A DNA stretch of 44,389 bases from Candidatus Omnitrophota bacterium (GCA_043802105.1 JAZDLL010000107.1:1-44389); one strand, 5' to 3'; positions 18,199-29,875 are shown, counted from the first letter of the stretch. The notes: generated from the sequence alone by a model not told the origin. Numbers and translations are program-made.

Positions 18199-18907
18199 CT
18201 AATCCCCCAAATCTCCGGTTCCTTTTTTGATATTCTTTAATTGCCAGTTTAAGTTGCTCTATCCCAAAATCCGGCCAACATTTGGGCGAAAAGTAGAACT
18301 CAGAATAGGATAGCTGCCAAAGCAAAAAATTACTAACCCGCATCTGGTTGCTGGTACGAATTAATAAATCCGGATCGGCAATATCCGCAATATAAAAATA
18401 CCGGCCAAATTTCTGCGCATCTAAACTTTCTAGGTCTACCTTTTTATCCAATACATCCTGAGCAAATTTTTTAGCCGCGTCTACAATTTCCTGCCTGCCC
18501 CCATAATTTAAAGCTAAAACCACCCTTAATCCGGTATTGGCCTTGGTCTTTTCCTGAGCTTGTTTAATCTTAATCTGAAGATATTTAGGAACTGGGTCCT
18601 CCTGCCCAATCACCGTAAAACGCATATTATTCTTATGCAATATTTTAATCTCTCGGCCTAAAAAGGTATCCAAGTAGCGCATCAAAATATCTACTTCGCT
18701 TTTTGGTCTGCTCCAGTTCTCCGTGGAAAAAGCAAAAAAAGTTACGATCTCAATACCTAGATCGCTGGCGCCCCGGATAATCTCCCTAACCCGCTTAACA
18801 CCCTGGCGGTGTCCGGCGGCACGGTTTAAGCCCCTTTCTTTAGCCCAGCGGCCGTTACCATCCATAATAAAAGCTACGTGCTTGGGAATTTTAGAATTAT
18901 CGAGCAT
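18176..18907 (-). CDS. uppS: Ditrans,polycis-undecaprenyl-diphosphate synthase
   Basis: HVAFIMDGNGRWA, FAFSTENWSRP and RTSNQMRVSNFLLWQ are hallmark cis-prenyltransferase motifs. Confidence 0.97.
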   Translation of the reverse strand: MLDNSKIPKHVAFIMDGNGRWAKERGLNRAAGHRQGVKRVREIIRGASDLGIEIVTFFAFSTENWSRPKSEVDILMRYLDTFLGREIKILHKNNMRFTVIGQEDPVPKYLQIKIKQAQEKTKANTGLRVVLALNYGGRQEIVDAAKKFAQDVLDKKVDLESLDAQKFGRYFYIADIADPDLLIRTSNQMRVSNFLLWQLSYSEFYFSPKCWPDFGIEQLKLAIKEYQKRNRRFGGLDVNQENN

Positions 18908-18908
18908 A

Positions 18909-20489
18909 CTACTGATGGACCTGGTAATCTATATCCGGAAAGAGATTATCTTTATATTCAATATCGGCAAGCCAATTTCCATCAATATTGCCAGAGTTAA
19001 CATCTTCATAGATCCGGTTAAATCTTAAAAGATGCTCTTTAGTGCGGGAGATAGCATAGCTGGTATGTGTACCGGTGCCTAAAATAAATCCCCAGTCCGA
19101 GCTCTGGGCCAGGAGCAACTCACGTAAAGCCTGATTCAGCGCCCGGCGCCGTAACCCCTGGGCGCCAGGATTATTCCTGGCCAGCTGGCTCATCCGCTCT
19201 GAAGCGACATGCAGGTGGCGATAAATCCAATCATTACTTCCTTGTAGCCACATTTCCGAATACCCTTTATAGCCCCAGCTGGAAAAAGAAGGAGTGACTA
19301 CCTGATTACGCGGATTCTGATCCAAATATTCCGAAGGAGTGATCAAGCTAAATTCATTTTGGTCGCAAGCAATTTTACGGAATAAGAAATCCAGCCACGT
19401 CGGACCTTCATACCACCAATGCCCAAAAAGCTCAGCGTCATAAGGCGAAACAAGAATCGGAGCTTTACCCATCAGCTCATTGAGATAACTTATCTGTTTT
19501 TGACGGTTAAACATAAAATTACCCGCATGCTCGGCTGCCCGCTCCTTAGCCCACTGCGCAACGTAAGGTTCCTTGTGGTTGCTGGTACCGGTAATCCGGT
19601 AATATTTTATTCCCGTATTAATACGCACTCCATCCGGATGAATATAAGGCTTGATATAATCAAACTCCAGATCAAAACCTATATCCCGGTAAAATTCTCG
19701 ATAATTATAATCACCCGGATAGCCTTCGATCGAAGACCAAACCTGCTTTGAGGATTCCAGGTCTCTGCCGAAGGCAGCTACTCCGCTGCCCTTGCAATAA
19801 ACCGGAGCAAACACTCCGTATTTAGGACGCGGAGTGCCATGCAATAGGCCATGCGAATCCGTAAAAAAATAACGGATCCCCGCTTCTTTAAGTATCTCAT
19901 CATGGCCGGGACAAAACCCACATTCCGGCAGCCAAATACCCCGCGGCCTTCGGCCAAAGACGCTTTCATAATGATCCGCGGCCACTTTTACCTGAGCGCG
20001 CACCGAAGGACGACAAACATCCATCAGCGGAAAAAATCCATGCGTAGCCCCGCAGGTAATTATCTCCAGCTTGCCTAAATCCTGAAATTTCTTAAAGGCG
20101 AGCACCAGATTACAATTATATTGCCGGAAAGTATCCCGGGCATGCGAAAATCTCTCAAAATACATCTGAGCCAGATTTTTAAAATCCGGCTGCCATTTTG
20201 TCCGCTCAATTTCTTTTTGGGTCAACTCAATAAGCCTGTTGATGTGCTTTAAATAACGCTCCTGCAACAAGGGGTCTGCCAGCATGGAAATAAGCGTAGG
20301 GCTTAAAGTCATGGTCATCCTAAAATCTATACCATCATTGACTAAGCCCTGAAAAACAGAGATTAAGGGGACATAAGTTTCCGTGATTGCCTCATAAAGC
20401 CAATCCTCTTCTAGGAAATTTTCATGTTCCGGATGGCGCACAAAAGGCAGATGTCCGTGTAAGACCAAGCAAAGGTATCCTTTAGGCAT
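18909..20489 (-). CDS. GH57-family 1,4-alpha-glucan branching enzyme
   Basis: The N-terminus GYLCLVLHGHLPFVRHPE, together with WLPECGF and SPYDAELFGHWWYEG and the C-terminal helical (DUF1957-like) region, is typical of GH57 branching enzymes. Confidence 0.85.
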   Translation of the reverse strand: MPKGYLCLVLHGHLPFVRHPEHENFLEEDWLYEAITETYVPLISVFQGLVNDGIDFRMTMTLSPTLISMLADPLLQERYLKHINRLIELTQKEIERTKWQPDFKNLAQMYFERFSHARDTFRQYNCNLVLAFKKFQDLGKLEIITCGATHGFFPLMDVCRPSVRAQVKVAADHYESVFGRRPRGIWLPECGFCPGHDEILKEAGIRYFFTDSHGLLHGTPRPKYGVFAPVYCKGSGVAAFGRDLESSKQVWSSIEGYPGDYNYREFYRDIGFDLEFDYIKPYIHPDGVRINTGIKYYRITGTSNHKEPYVAQWAKERAAEHAGNFMFNRQKQISYLNELMGKAPILVSPYDAELFGHWWYEGPTWLDFLFRKIACDQNEFSLITPSEYLDQNPRNQVVTPSFSSWGYKGYSEMWLQGSNDWIYRHLHVASERMSQLARNNPGAQGLRRRALNQALRELLLAQSSDWGFILGTGTHTSYAISRTKEHLLRFNRIYEDVNSGNIDGNWLADIEYKDNLFPDIDYQVHQ

Positions 20490-20494
20490 AAGTA

Positions 20495-21472
20495 TTATTT
20501 GGTTTCTCGAGTTACGATTGGAGTAATAGTACGCTCTTCTAATTTATCAGCGGAGATTGCCCGCACCGGAATTATCTGTTTTCCATCGGGCAAATAATAA
20601 CGCAAGGTAAAAGTGCCATCCGGCCTTAATTTGATGGGTAAGCCCTGCACAGTTACTTTGGCATCGGCTTCGGTTGCTCCGTAAACAATTAATTCACAAT
20701 CAACTTTGAGCCAAAAATTTCTCTCTTTAATCTCTTTCTTCACCGGACTGCTGGATAACCCTGAACTAAACAAACCTTGTTTAATGCGTTCCTGCCAGGC
20801 ACCGCCCACCGGTGAGCTTTTACCCAAACCAAACCCCATGCCATAAAGCCGGGCAAACATCTCATCAGGTATCATCCACTCTTCATCCGTAACCCAGGAA
20901 GGGCCATCTAACGGAGTTTGCACGACGTTGGAACGTAAAATAGTGACAAACCTGCCGTCGGGCAACATTAATCCCAAATCCACACACCAAGTGCGGCCCG
21001 GCCCGGCGGTATCCACATACCAGCTATTAGCAAAATCGTTAAGCTGAATATCAAAAAACCGGTTAGCGTTAGATCCGTTAAATATAATATTAGTAACGTC
21101 ATAAATTCTTAGAACTTTTTTGGCGCGATAAAAATCATCGCCAAATTTATTCTTTAAACTCTGAGTAGTCGCCTCCCTCAGCTCCCAATAAGCATGCAAC
21201 CAACGTGGATCACGAACCTGTAAAATAATTTTATCCTGGTCATAGGAAGCAGGAAGCTCCTGCGGCCTGACTGGCGCAAAATAGGTTTCCTGGGTATGAG
21301 AAAATTTTGTATTAGCGATAGCGGTTTCATAAAAAGAAGGAACCTCTTTATCCGGCTGCTTAGCTGAAACTTTGGCCTCTGACGATTTATTTCTTAACCC
21401 CAGCTTAAGTTTAGACTTGGCATTAGAAATAGTTCGCATCAACGCCTCTTTTGATTTTTTTAATATTTTCAT
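20495..21472 (-). CDS. DUF4912 domain protein (usual partner of GH57 branching enzymes)
   Basis: The RDPRWLHAYWEL block and the following beta-rich region resemble DUF4912. AAGGAGG at 21485-21479 is 6 nt from the ATG at 21472 (MKILKK...). The upstream starts in the track abut or overlap the RBS. Confidence 0.7.
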   Translation of the reverse strand: MKILKKSKEALMRTISNAKSKLKLGLRNKSSEAKVSAKQPDKEVPSFYETAIANTKFSHTQETYFAPVRPQELPASYDQDKIILQVRDPRWLHAYWELREATTQSLKNKFGDDFYRAKKVLRIYDVTNIIFNGSNANRFFDIQLNDFANSWYVDTAGPGRTWCVDLGLMLPDGRFVTILRSNVVQTPLDGPSWVTDEEWMIPDEMFARLYGMGFGLGKSSPVGGAWQERIKQGLFSSGLSSSPVKKEIKERNFWLKVDCELIVYGATEADAKVTVQGLPIKLRPDGTFTLRYYLPDGKQIIPVRAISADKLEERTITPIVTRETK

Positions 21473-21495
21473 TTCCATCCTCCTTGCCCAGAAGG

Positions 21496-21529
21496 GCACA
21501 CCCGCGCAATTCTTTACAGCGCGGGGTGC
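21496..21529 (-). promoter_or_regulatory. GC-rich leader hairpin immediately upstream of the DUF4912 gene's RBS
   Basis: On the minus strand, GCACCCCGCGC-(11 nt)-GCGCGGGTGTGC forms an 11-bp stem with one bulge. It ends about 10 nt before AAGGAGG. Its function is unknown (attenuator, processing site or stabiliser). Confidence 0.4.
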
Positions 21530-21532
21530 TCC

Positions 21533-21557
21533 AATAAAAAAGGGGATTCTCTCCCCT
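21533..21557 (-). terminator. Rho-independent terminator after the coiled-coil lipoprotein gene
   Basis: On the minus strand, AGGGGA-GAGAA-TCCCCT is followed by TTTTTATT, 45 nt after the stop at 21602. Confidence 0.7.
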
Positions 21558-21601
21558 GAATCCTAAAACTATCCACGCGCCGTTCTTGGCTCCCCCTTAT
21601 T

Positions 21602-21985
21602 TCATTTTTTAGGCTTCTTTCCATTTACCAGGACCTGCCTAAGGTCCTCTTCCAAGTTCTCTTTAAGCTTGGTTACTTTCTGTAACTCTTCTTTTAAACT
21701 TTGGCTTACCAACTGGCTCTGAACTAAGGCTTTCTGGGTTGTCTCCAGGACTACTTTCAGTTCGGCCGCCTCATTCTCTTTAGCTTTAGCTTTTTCTTCT
21801 AAAGCTGATCTTTCCTGTAAATATTTGCTCGTTCGCTCTTCCAAAGCCAGACGCGCAATCAACTCTTTATCGCGCGCATCCTTCTGGCGGAATGCGCTAC
21901 GGCAAGAACCCAGCGTGGTAAGAAATAATCCGGCCGAAATAATCGCTAAAATTACAACCTTGTGCTTCTTTAAAGCCTCGTTCAT
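21602..21985 (-). CDS. Small coiled-coil envelope protein, probable lipoprotein or signal-anchored
   Basis: It has an N-terminal hydrophobic segment ending in LTTLGSC (lipobox-like). About 90 aa of heptad-like Glu/Lys/Leu-rich sequence and a KKPKK tail follow. I do not recognise a specific family. Confidence 0.5.
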   Translation of the reverse strand: MNEALKKHKVVILAIISAGLFLTTLGSCRSAFRQKDARDKELIARLALEERTSKYLQERSALEEKAKAKENEAAELKVVLETTQKALVQSQLVSQSLKEELQKVTKLKENLEEDLRQVLVNGKKPKK

Positions 21986-22024
21986 TTTTTATCTATATTT
22001 CTGTCCGCTCAACGTTGCGCGAAT

Positions 22025-22675
22025 TTATTTAAGGTTCTCTTGAGGTTTTTTTAATTCGTAAGCCCCCGGAGAACCACCCTTAACCTTAGTAATGTTAGGT
22101 AAAATTACTATCTCTACCCGGCGATTTTGCTTGCGGCCATCTTTAGTTTCATTGGAAGCTACCGGACGATACTCACCATACCCAATCGCCGACAGGCGCT
22201 CCGGAGATATCCCCTGTTCATTAGCCAAATAATGTAAAACGCTTAAAGCCCGGGCTGTAGAAAGTTCCCAATTAGATTTCCAGCCGCTTTGTTTAATCGG
22301 GACATTATCGGTGTGGCCCTCTATACCTACATCAAACCGCGCCATATTGTCTTTTAATACCGCCGACACTTTGGTCAGCAAGCCAAACGCCTCGGGTCTA
22401 ATCTTGGCCTTGCCGGAATCAAATAAAAGGTCCCCGACCACGGTAATCACCAGCCCCTTTTCCATCATCTGAAGCTTAATCTGCTTATCATTTATCTCCT
22501 GCCCAAGCTTCTGCTCTAACAAACCTTTGGCCCGGGCAAGCTCATCCAGCTGAGCGCTTAGCTCTTGGATTTTTTGCGCGTCAGAACGTTTGCCGGCCTG
22601 GAAAATAAAGGTGCAACCCGCTAAACTAAAAGTTATAAATAAAACTAATACGGATTTAAAAAAATTATTTATCAT
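22025..22675 (-). CDS. OmpA/MotB-family peptidoglycan-binding lipoprotein with a coiled-coil linker
   Basis: It has a signal peptide with the lipobox FSLAGC. The OmpA-like C-domain motifs are GHTDNVPI, NWELSTARA and NRRVEIVI. Confidence 0.85.
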   Translation of the reverse strand: MINNFFKSVLVLFITFSLAGCTFIFQAGKRSDAQKIQELSAQLDELARAKGLLEQKLGQEINDKQIKLQMMEKGLVITVVGDLLFDSGKAKIRPEAFGLLTKVSAVLKDNMARFDVGIEGHTDNVPIKQSGWKSNWELSTARALSVLHYLANEQGISPERLSAIGYGEYRPVASNETKDGRKQNRRVEIVILPNITKVKGGSPGAYELKKPQENLK

Positions 22676-22746
22676 CTTCCCTCTCCTTGGTTTTAACTAC
22701 TGCAAGGCCAAAAACAGCCTTTGGACCTATTTCCTACTTGAAACTG

Positions 22747-22775
22747 AATATAACATAACCCGTTTTATTAGTCAA
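22747..22775 (-). promoter_or_regulatory. Sigma-70-type promoter for the OmpA-lipoprotein/coiled-coil pair
   Basis: The minus strand reads TTGACT (22775-22770), a 17-nt spacer, then TATATT (22752-22747). This lies about 70 nt upstream of the ATG at 22675, which has a GGAGAGGGA RBS. Confidence 0.6.
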
Positions 22776-22794
22776 GTGTTTTATCCACAACCAC

Positions 22795-25340
<2,546 letters not shown>

Positions 25341-25413
25341 ATTCACCTCTTTTACCCGCTATTACTGGTTAGCAAATGACCCTTTACCGCAGGGCAAAGG
25401 ATCTTTCCTTGGT

Positions 25414-27144
25414 TTATTTTTTGATTATTTTATTCAATTCCTCTTTGCCCGGCACCTGGCGGGAGGAAAAGATTTCACGATTATCCAAAAGATAGCTGGG
25501 GCCGGAAGAAATCTGCAGCTCTTTATTTAAACTAGTATTTTCTCTAAGCAATTTTATCCCCTCTGGCCCGCGGGCGCAACTTTTGATCTTTAGGGCATCC
25601 GCTCCCCCGCCAAGGCAATCCTCCCAATAAGAACTACTGATATTTTTAGCCCGGCAAATTAAATAATCCCAGAAGTTCTCAGGATAATATTTCTGCACAC
25701 ACCCGGCACGTAAATATTCCTCTACCTCGCCAACGCCGTTCTTAGCGTCGAAACCCTCCTCTTTCTCGGTCGCCAAGAAATGTAAGGTAGGATTAAACTC
25801 TTTTAGCGTAGTTAACAGTAAAGCAGGGTCTTTTTCAAATAAACTGAAGAATAAATCAAAATTGCCTGGCGCAACTTTCTGCTTCAGAAAATAAGCAATG
25901 CCGCTGGCTTGCGGCTTTAATATATAAGCATTATTAGTTAATTGTAAAACATCCTTAAGATTGTCAAAATTATCCTCTTGTTCAACCTGCTTCTGAAAAA
26001 TAAAAGCCGGCAAGGTCGCAATCCCTAAATCCTTAATCATAGTTTTAGCTTTTAGGTCCGTGTACTCTAATTTATTTACGGATAACCCGGGAAATTTCTT
26101 TTTCAACCACAGCAAAATCGGTTCCGTGTTGCAGGTATGGCAATCCTTAGCGCTAATCAAAGTTAAATTTACTTTATTCGGCTTAGCAAATGAGCAGGCA
26201 GAATTTAAGCTGCCCGGATTTTGGCAGGTGCCCATTAGTTCTTTGTTCTTGCAATTAACATCCGAGTAACAACGCGGTAAAATAGCCGCAATACCTGAAT
26301 CATCGCTAAACTTATCTGATAAGGGCAACTCTTCAGCCTGGCAATCGGAGAGTTTACCGTCCTCTATTTTTAAAGTTAGCTTACCCAATTTACGGCCCTG
26401 CCAGGTTGGGCGCAGAAAAAAAGTAGCATCCACCTTGGTCAGCGCCTCATTCTTTAGCGGCTTATCTCCGATAAAAATTATATCAATGCCTTTTATTTTA
26501 GAAATTAATTTTAAATCTTCACTCTCTCCCTGAGTGCTCAGGAGAATCAAAATTTGCGCACCCTCATTCTTGAGGCGGCTGACTAACTGGCCCAGCGCAC
26601 TCGGCGCGCCAATCTTTAATCCTTCCGCCTTTTGGCTGGCGCTAGAACCGGTTAACCCGATCAGGGCAACTTTTATCCCGTCACAATCCTTAATTAGATA
26701 AGGAAGGACTTTATCCGAATCTAAATTGGCGCTCAAATACGCCGGAAGAGTTTTTTTAGCATATTTAAGAAAAAATTCCTTACCAAAATTAAATTCATCC
26801 GCACCGATAGCCACCGCATCATATTGCATAAGCTCTAAAGCTTTATAATTAACCTGGGAACGCTGCATATCTAATTGCACATTTTGGATATATTCATCTA
26901 GCTGGCCGCCGGCGGTAAAGTTGCCGCAATCCACCAGCAAAAGCCCCGGGTATTCTTTTCTTAATTCTTTAACCAAGCTAGCCCGGCGGCTAATACCTCC
27001 ATCCTGCCGGATAGGGCAGCTACAAGGATACAGCATAGCATGCGTCTGGCCACTATAAATAATGGTCAGCTCTTTAGCCTCTAGGCTGCCGGCCGTTAAA
27101 ACCAGAAAACTAACCAACAATAGGAATTTCTTTGCGCTTTTCAT
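25414..27144 (-). CDS. Secreted multidomain protein: degenerate 5'-nucleotidase-like metallophosphatase fold, Cys-rich linker, then thioredoxin-like modules (one with CHTC)
   Basis: The signal peptide is MKSAKKFLLLVSFLVLTAGSLEA. The N-half aligns by eye to calcineurin-like 5'-nucleotidases, but the metal-ligand blocks are replaced (GQTHAM, CGNF, GADEF, IGDKP). The Trx-like segment is LTLISAKDCHTC...ATLPAFIF, and a second DsbA-like segment ends in SGPSYLLDN. The start overlaps the serA stop (ATGA). Confidence 0.5.
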   Translation of the reverse strand: MKSAKKFLLLVSFLVLTAGSLEAKELTIIYSGQTHAMLYPCSCPIRQDGGISRRASLVKELRKEYPGLLLVDCGNFTAGGQLDEYIQNVQLDMQRSQVNYKALELMQYDAVAIGADEFNFGKEFFLKYAKKTLPAYLSANLDSDKVLPYLIKDCDGIKVALIGLTGSSASQKAEGLKIGAPSALGQLVSRLKNEGAQILILLSTQGESEDLKLISKIKGIDIIFIGDKPLKNEALTKVDATFFLRPTWQGRKLGKLTLKIEDGKLSDCQAEELPLSDKFSDDSGIAAILPRCYSDVNCKNKELMGTCQNPGSLNSACSFAKPNKVNLTLISAKDCHTCNTEPILLWLKKKFPGLSVNKLEYTDLKAKTMIKDLGIATLPAFIFQKQVEQEDNFDNLKDVLQLTNNAYILKPQASGIAYFLKQKVAPGNFDLFFSLFEKDPALLLTTLKEFNPTLHFLATEKEEGFDAKNGVGEVEEYLRAGCVQKYYPENFWDYLICRAKNISSSYWEDCLGGGADALKIKSCARGPEGIKLLRENTSLNKELQISSGPSYLLDNREIFSSRQVPGKEELNKIIKK

Positions 27145-28727
27145 GTTCTAATTATTTTTACGGTAAGAATATTTTCTAATTGTTTTATTTTTTCCTGGAT
27201 CTGTGGGCTAACCTGATTATCTACGCTCCAAACGCTAATGGCTTTATCACCGGGCTTATTGCGGCCCAAAGCCATGGCGGCGATATTGATGCCAGATTTT
27301 CCCATTAAGGTGCCCAGGTTTCCGATCATCCCCGGCTTATCAAGATTACGGATAAAAATCATTTCACCGACCGGATAAAGATCCAAATAATAATCGTCAA
27401 TCTTAACAATCCTGGGCTGTTTATTACCAGAAAGCGTTCCCAGGATCGACTTGGTTTCTTTATCGGTTTTAATCTCCAGCTGAATAAGATTTACAAATTC
27501 GCCTTCCTGACCGGATTTTGACTCCAACAGTTTAATCCCTCTTTCTTTAAGCAAAGATAAGCCATTAACAAAATTAACGGTCTCCTTTAATATCGGAGTA
27601 AGCATACCTTTAACTAAAGCCATGGTTACCGGGCTTAAATTATATTTAGTAATCTGGCCGCTATAACTTACGGCTAGCTCCAGGAACCTGCCTTCCACAA
27701 GTTGGGCAGCAAACATTCCCAATTTCTCCCCCAGATTAATATACGGATTAAGAATATTGCAGACCTCGGCATCTAAACAAGGGTAATTTGCAGCATTGCG
27801 GATCCCTTTGCCTAAGAGCGCATCACGCACAATCTCGGCAACTTCAATAGCCACATTAATCTGCGCTTCTTCGGTAGAAGCGCCTAAATGCGGAGTAGTA
27901 ATTACATTATCCAGTTTTAAAAGTTCATTGTCGGCCGCCAGCGGTTCAGTTTCAAAAACATCCATGGCTGCCCCGGCTACTTTGCCTGCTTTTACCGCCC
28001 TGACTAAAGCCAGCTCATCGATAATCCCACCCCGGGCGCAGTTAACAATGCGCACATTTTTTTTCATTAAACCAAAAGCTTCATCCGAAATCATATGTTT
28101 AGTTTCATCGGTTAACGGAGTATGCACGGTAATATAATCAGACTCCTGTAACACTTTTTTTAATTCCGCAACCTCTACCCCGATACTTTCCGCCACCTGA
28201 ACGGATAAGAACGGATCATACGCTAAAACCTTCATTCCGAATGACAATGCGCGCTTGGCAACTTCCGAACCAATCCGGCCAAACCCCACAATGCCCAGAA
28301 CCTTATTGTATAGTTCCACCCCCATAAATTTGGAGCGCTTCCACTCTCCCTTTTTCATTGAGGCATTAGCCTGAGCAATATTCCTGGATAAAGTCAAAAT
28401 CATACTAAAGGTATGCTCAGCGGTAGAAATCGTATTTCCCGCCGGGGTATTCATAACAATAATCCCTTTGGCGGTGGCCGCTTCTAAATCTACGTTATCC
28501 AGGCCGACACCGGCCCGTCCGATAACCTTAAGCTTAGTCGCCGCCTGAATTATCTCTTTAGTGACTTTAGTCGCACTGCGCACAACCAACGCATCGTAGT
28601 CCTTAATAATTTCCTTTAAAGCCTCCGGTTTTAAATCCGTCTTAACATCCACCGTAAGCTCCTTAGAATCATTAAAAACTTTTAGACCTTCCTGACTTAA
28701 TGCATCACTAACAAGAACTTTAATCAT
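27141..28727 (-). CDS. serA: D-3-phosphoglycerate dehydrogenase (long form with ASB and ACT domains)
   Basis: The 2-hydroxyacid dehydrogenase motifs GIVGFGRIGSEVA and CARGGIID are present, with HLGASTEEAQ. It is 528 aa and has a C-terminal ACT-like region. Confidence 0.95.
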   Translation of the reverse strand: MIKVLVSDALSQEGLKVFNDSKELTVDVKTDLKPEALKEIIKDYDALVVRSATKVTKEIIQAATKLKVIGRAGVGLDNVDLEAATAKGIIVMNTPAGNTISTAEHTFSMILTLSRNIAQANASMKKGEWKRSKFMGVELYNKVLGIVGFGRIGSEVAKRALSFGMKVLAYDPFLSVQVAESIGVEVAELKKVLQESDYITVHTPLTDETKHMISDEAFGLMKKNVRIVNCARGGIIDELALVRAVKAGKVAGAAMDVFETEPLAADNELLKLDNVITTPHLGASTEEAQINVAIEVAEIVRDALLGKGIRNAANYPCLDAEVCNILNPYINLGEKLGMFAAQLVEGRFLELAVSYSGQITKYNLSPVTMALVKGMLTPILKETVNFVNGLSLLKERGIKLLESKSGQEGEFVNLIQLEIKTDKETKSILGTLSGNKQPRIVKIDDYYLDLYPVGEMIFIRNLDKPGMIGNLGTLMGKSGINIAAMALGRNKPGDKAISVWSVDNQVSPQIQEKIKQLENILTVKIIRT

Positions 28728-28738
28728 TTTTCTGTCTC

Positions 28739-29875
28739 CTATTTTAAAAAAACCTCTTCGGCGGCTTTAACCCCGGCGCCTAAAGTAAATTTATAGCCCA
28801 TTTGAGTAAGCACTTTTTCCAAACAGGACAACCCCATAATAATATCGGGTTCAGCAATATACCCCATATGCGCAATTCGAAAAACTTTTCCCTTAAGCTC
28901 TTCCTGGCCTCCGGCTATCGTCACTCCATAAGTATCGCGCATGGTTTTAACTAATTTCTCGCCGTCAATACCCGCGGGCACCTTGGCCGCCGTAACCCCA
29001 TCCGAGGCGGCAGTCGGGGCAAATAGCTCCAAGCCCAACGCCTTTAGCGCAGCGCGCGTGGCATCCGCCATAACCCGATGACGCTTAAATATGTTTTCTA
29101 AACCATCCTGCTGCATCATTTTCAAAGATTCATTTAAAGCGATAATTAAAGTAATCGAGGAAGTAAACGGCGTATCGTTTTTATCCAGGGCCTTCTTGGC
29201 CTTCCTTAAATCTAAATAATAACGGCTAGACTTGGAAGCCTCCACTAATTTCCAGGCCTTAGGGCTTAAACAAATAAAACCTAATCCCGGAGGCAACATC
29301 AAACCTTTTTGCGATCCGGCAACGACCACATCTACCCCCCAGGCATCGGTTTTTAAATCTACCGCCCCCAGTCCGCTGATGGCATCCACCACTAAAACCG
29401 CCGAGGTTTCTTTAACTACCGCCGCAATGGCCTGGATATCATTATCCACGCCGGTAGAAGTTTCACATAAAGTCGTAAATACCGCTTTGATCTGCGGGTT
29501 GGATTTTAACCTTTTACCTATTTCTGCCGGACTAACCGCCTTGCCCCATTCCACATCAATAATCTCGGGATTAATCCCGTAAGCTTTAGCAATCTCCGTC
29601 CATCTTTCTCCGAATTTACCGCCCTGAACCACCAGAGCCGTATCCCCGGCGGAAAGTAAATTAATTACCGCCGCCTCCATCGCTCCGCTTCCTGAAGAAG
29701 AAATAATAAAGACATCATTGGAGGTCTGAAACGCCCATTTTAATCCTAGACTGGCCTCTTTGAGAATCTCCTGAAACTGCGGCGTACGATGATGAATAAT
29801 CGGTTTAGCCATCGCCAAACTTATTTGCGGGGGCAAGGGGGTGGGCCCGGGGGTTAACAAATACTCTTTTTTCAT
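28739..29875 (-). CDS. Class V (AGXT-family) aminotransferase, probable phosphoserine aminotransferase
   Basis: LLTPGPTPLP is at the N-terminus and the PLP-lysine block is GSQKGLMLPPGLG. It lies 11 nt upstream of serA, which suggests the serine-pathway role. Confidence 0.8.
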   Translation of the reverse strand: MKKEYLLTPGPTPLPPQISLAMAKPIIHHRTPQFQEILKEASLGLKWAFQTSNDVFIISSSGSGAMEAAVINLLSAGDTALVVQGGKFGERWTEIAKAYGINPEIIDVEWGKAVSPAEIGKRLKSNPQIKAVFTTLCETSTGVDNDIQAIAAVVKETSAVLVVDAISGLGAVDLKTDAWGVDVVVAGSQKGLMLPPGLGFICLSPKAWKLVEASKSSRYYLDLRKAKKALDKNDTPFTSSITLIIALNESLKMMQQDGLENIFKRHRVMADATRAALKALGLELFAPTAASDGVTAAKVPAGIDGEKLVKTMRDTYGVTIAGGQEELKGKVFRIAHMGYIAEPDIIMGLSCLEKVLTQMGYKFTLGAGVKAAEEVFLK

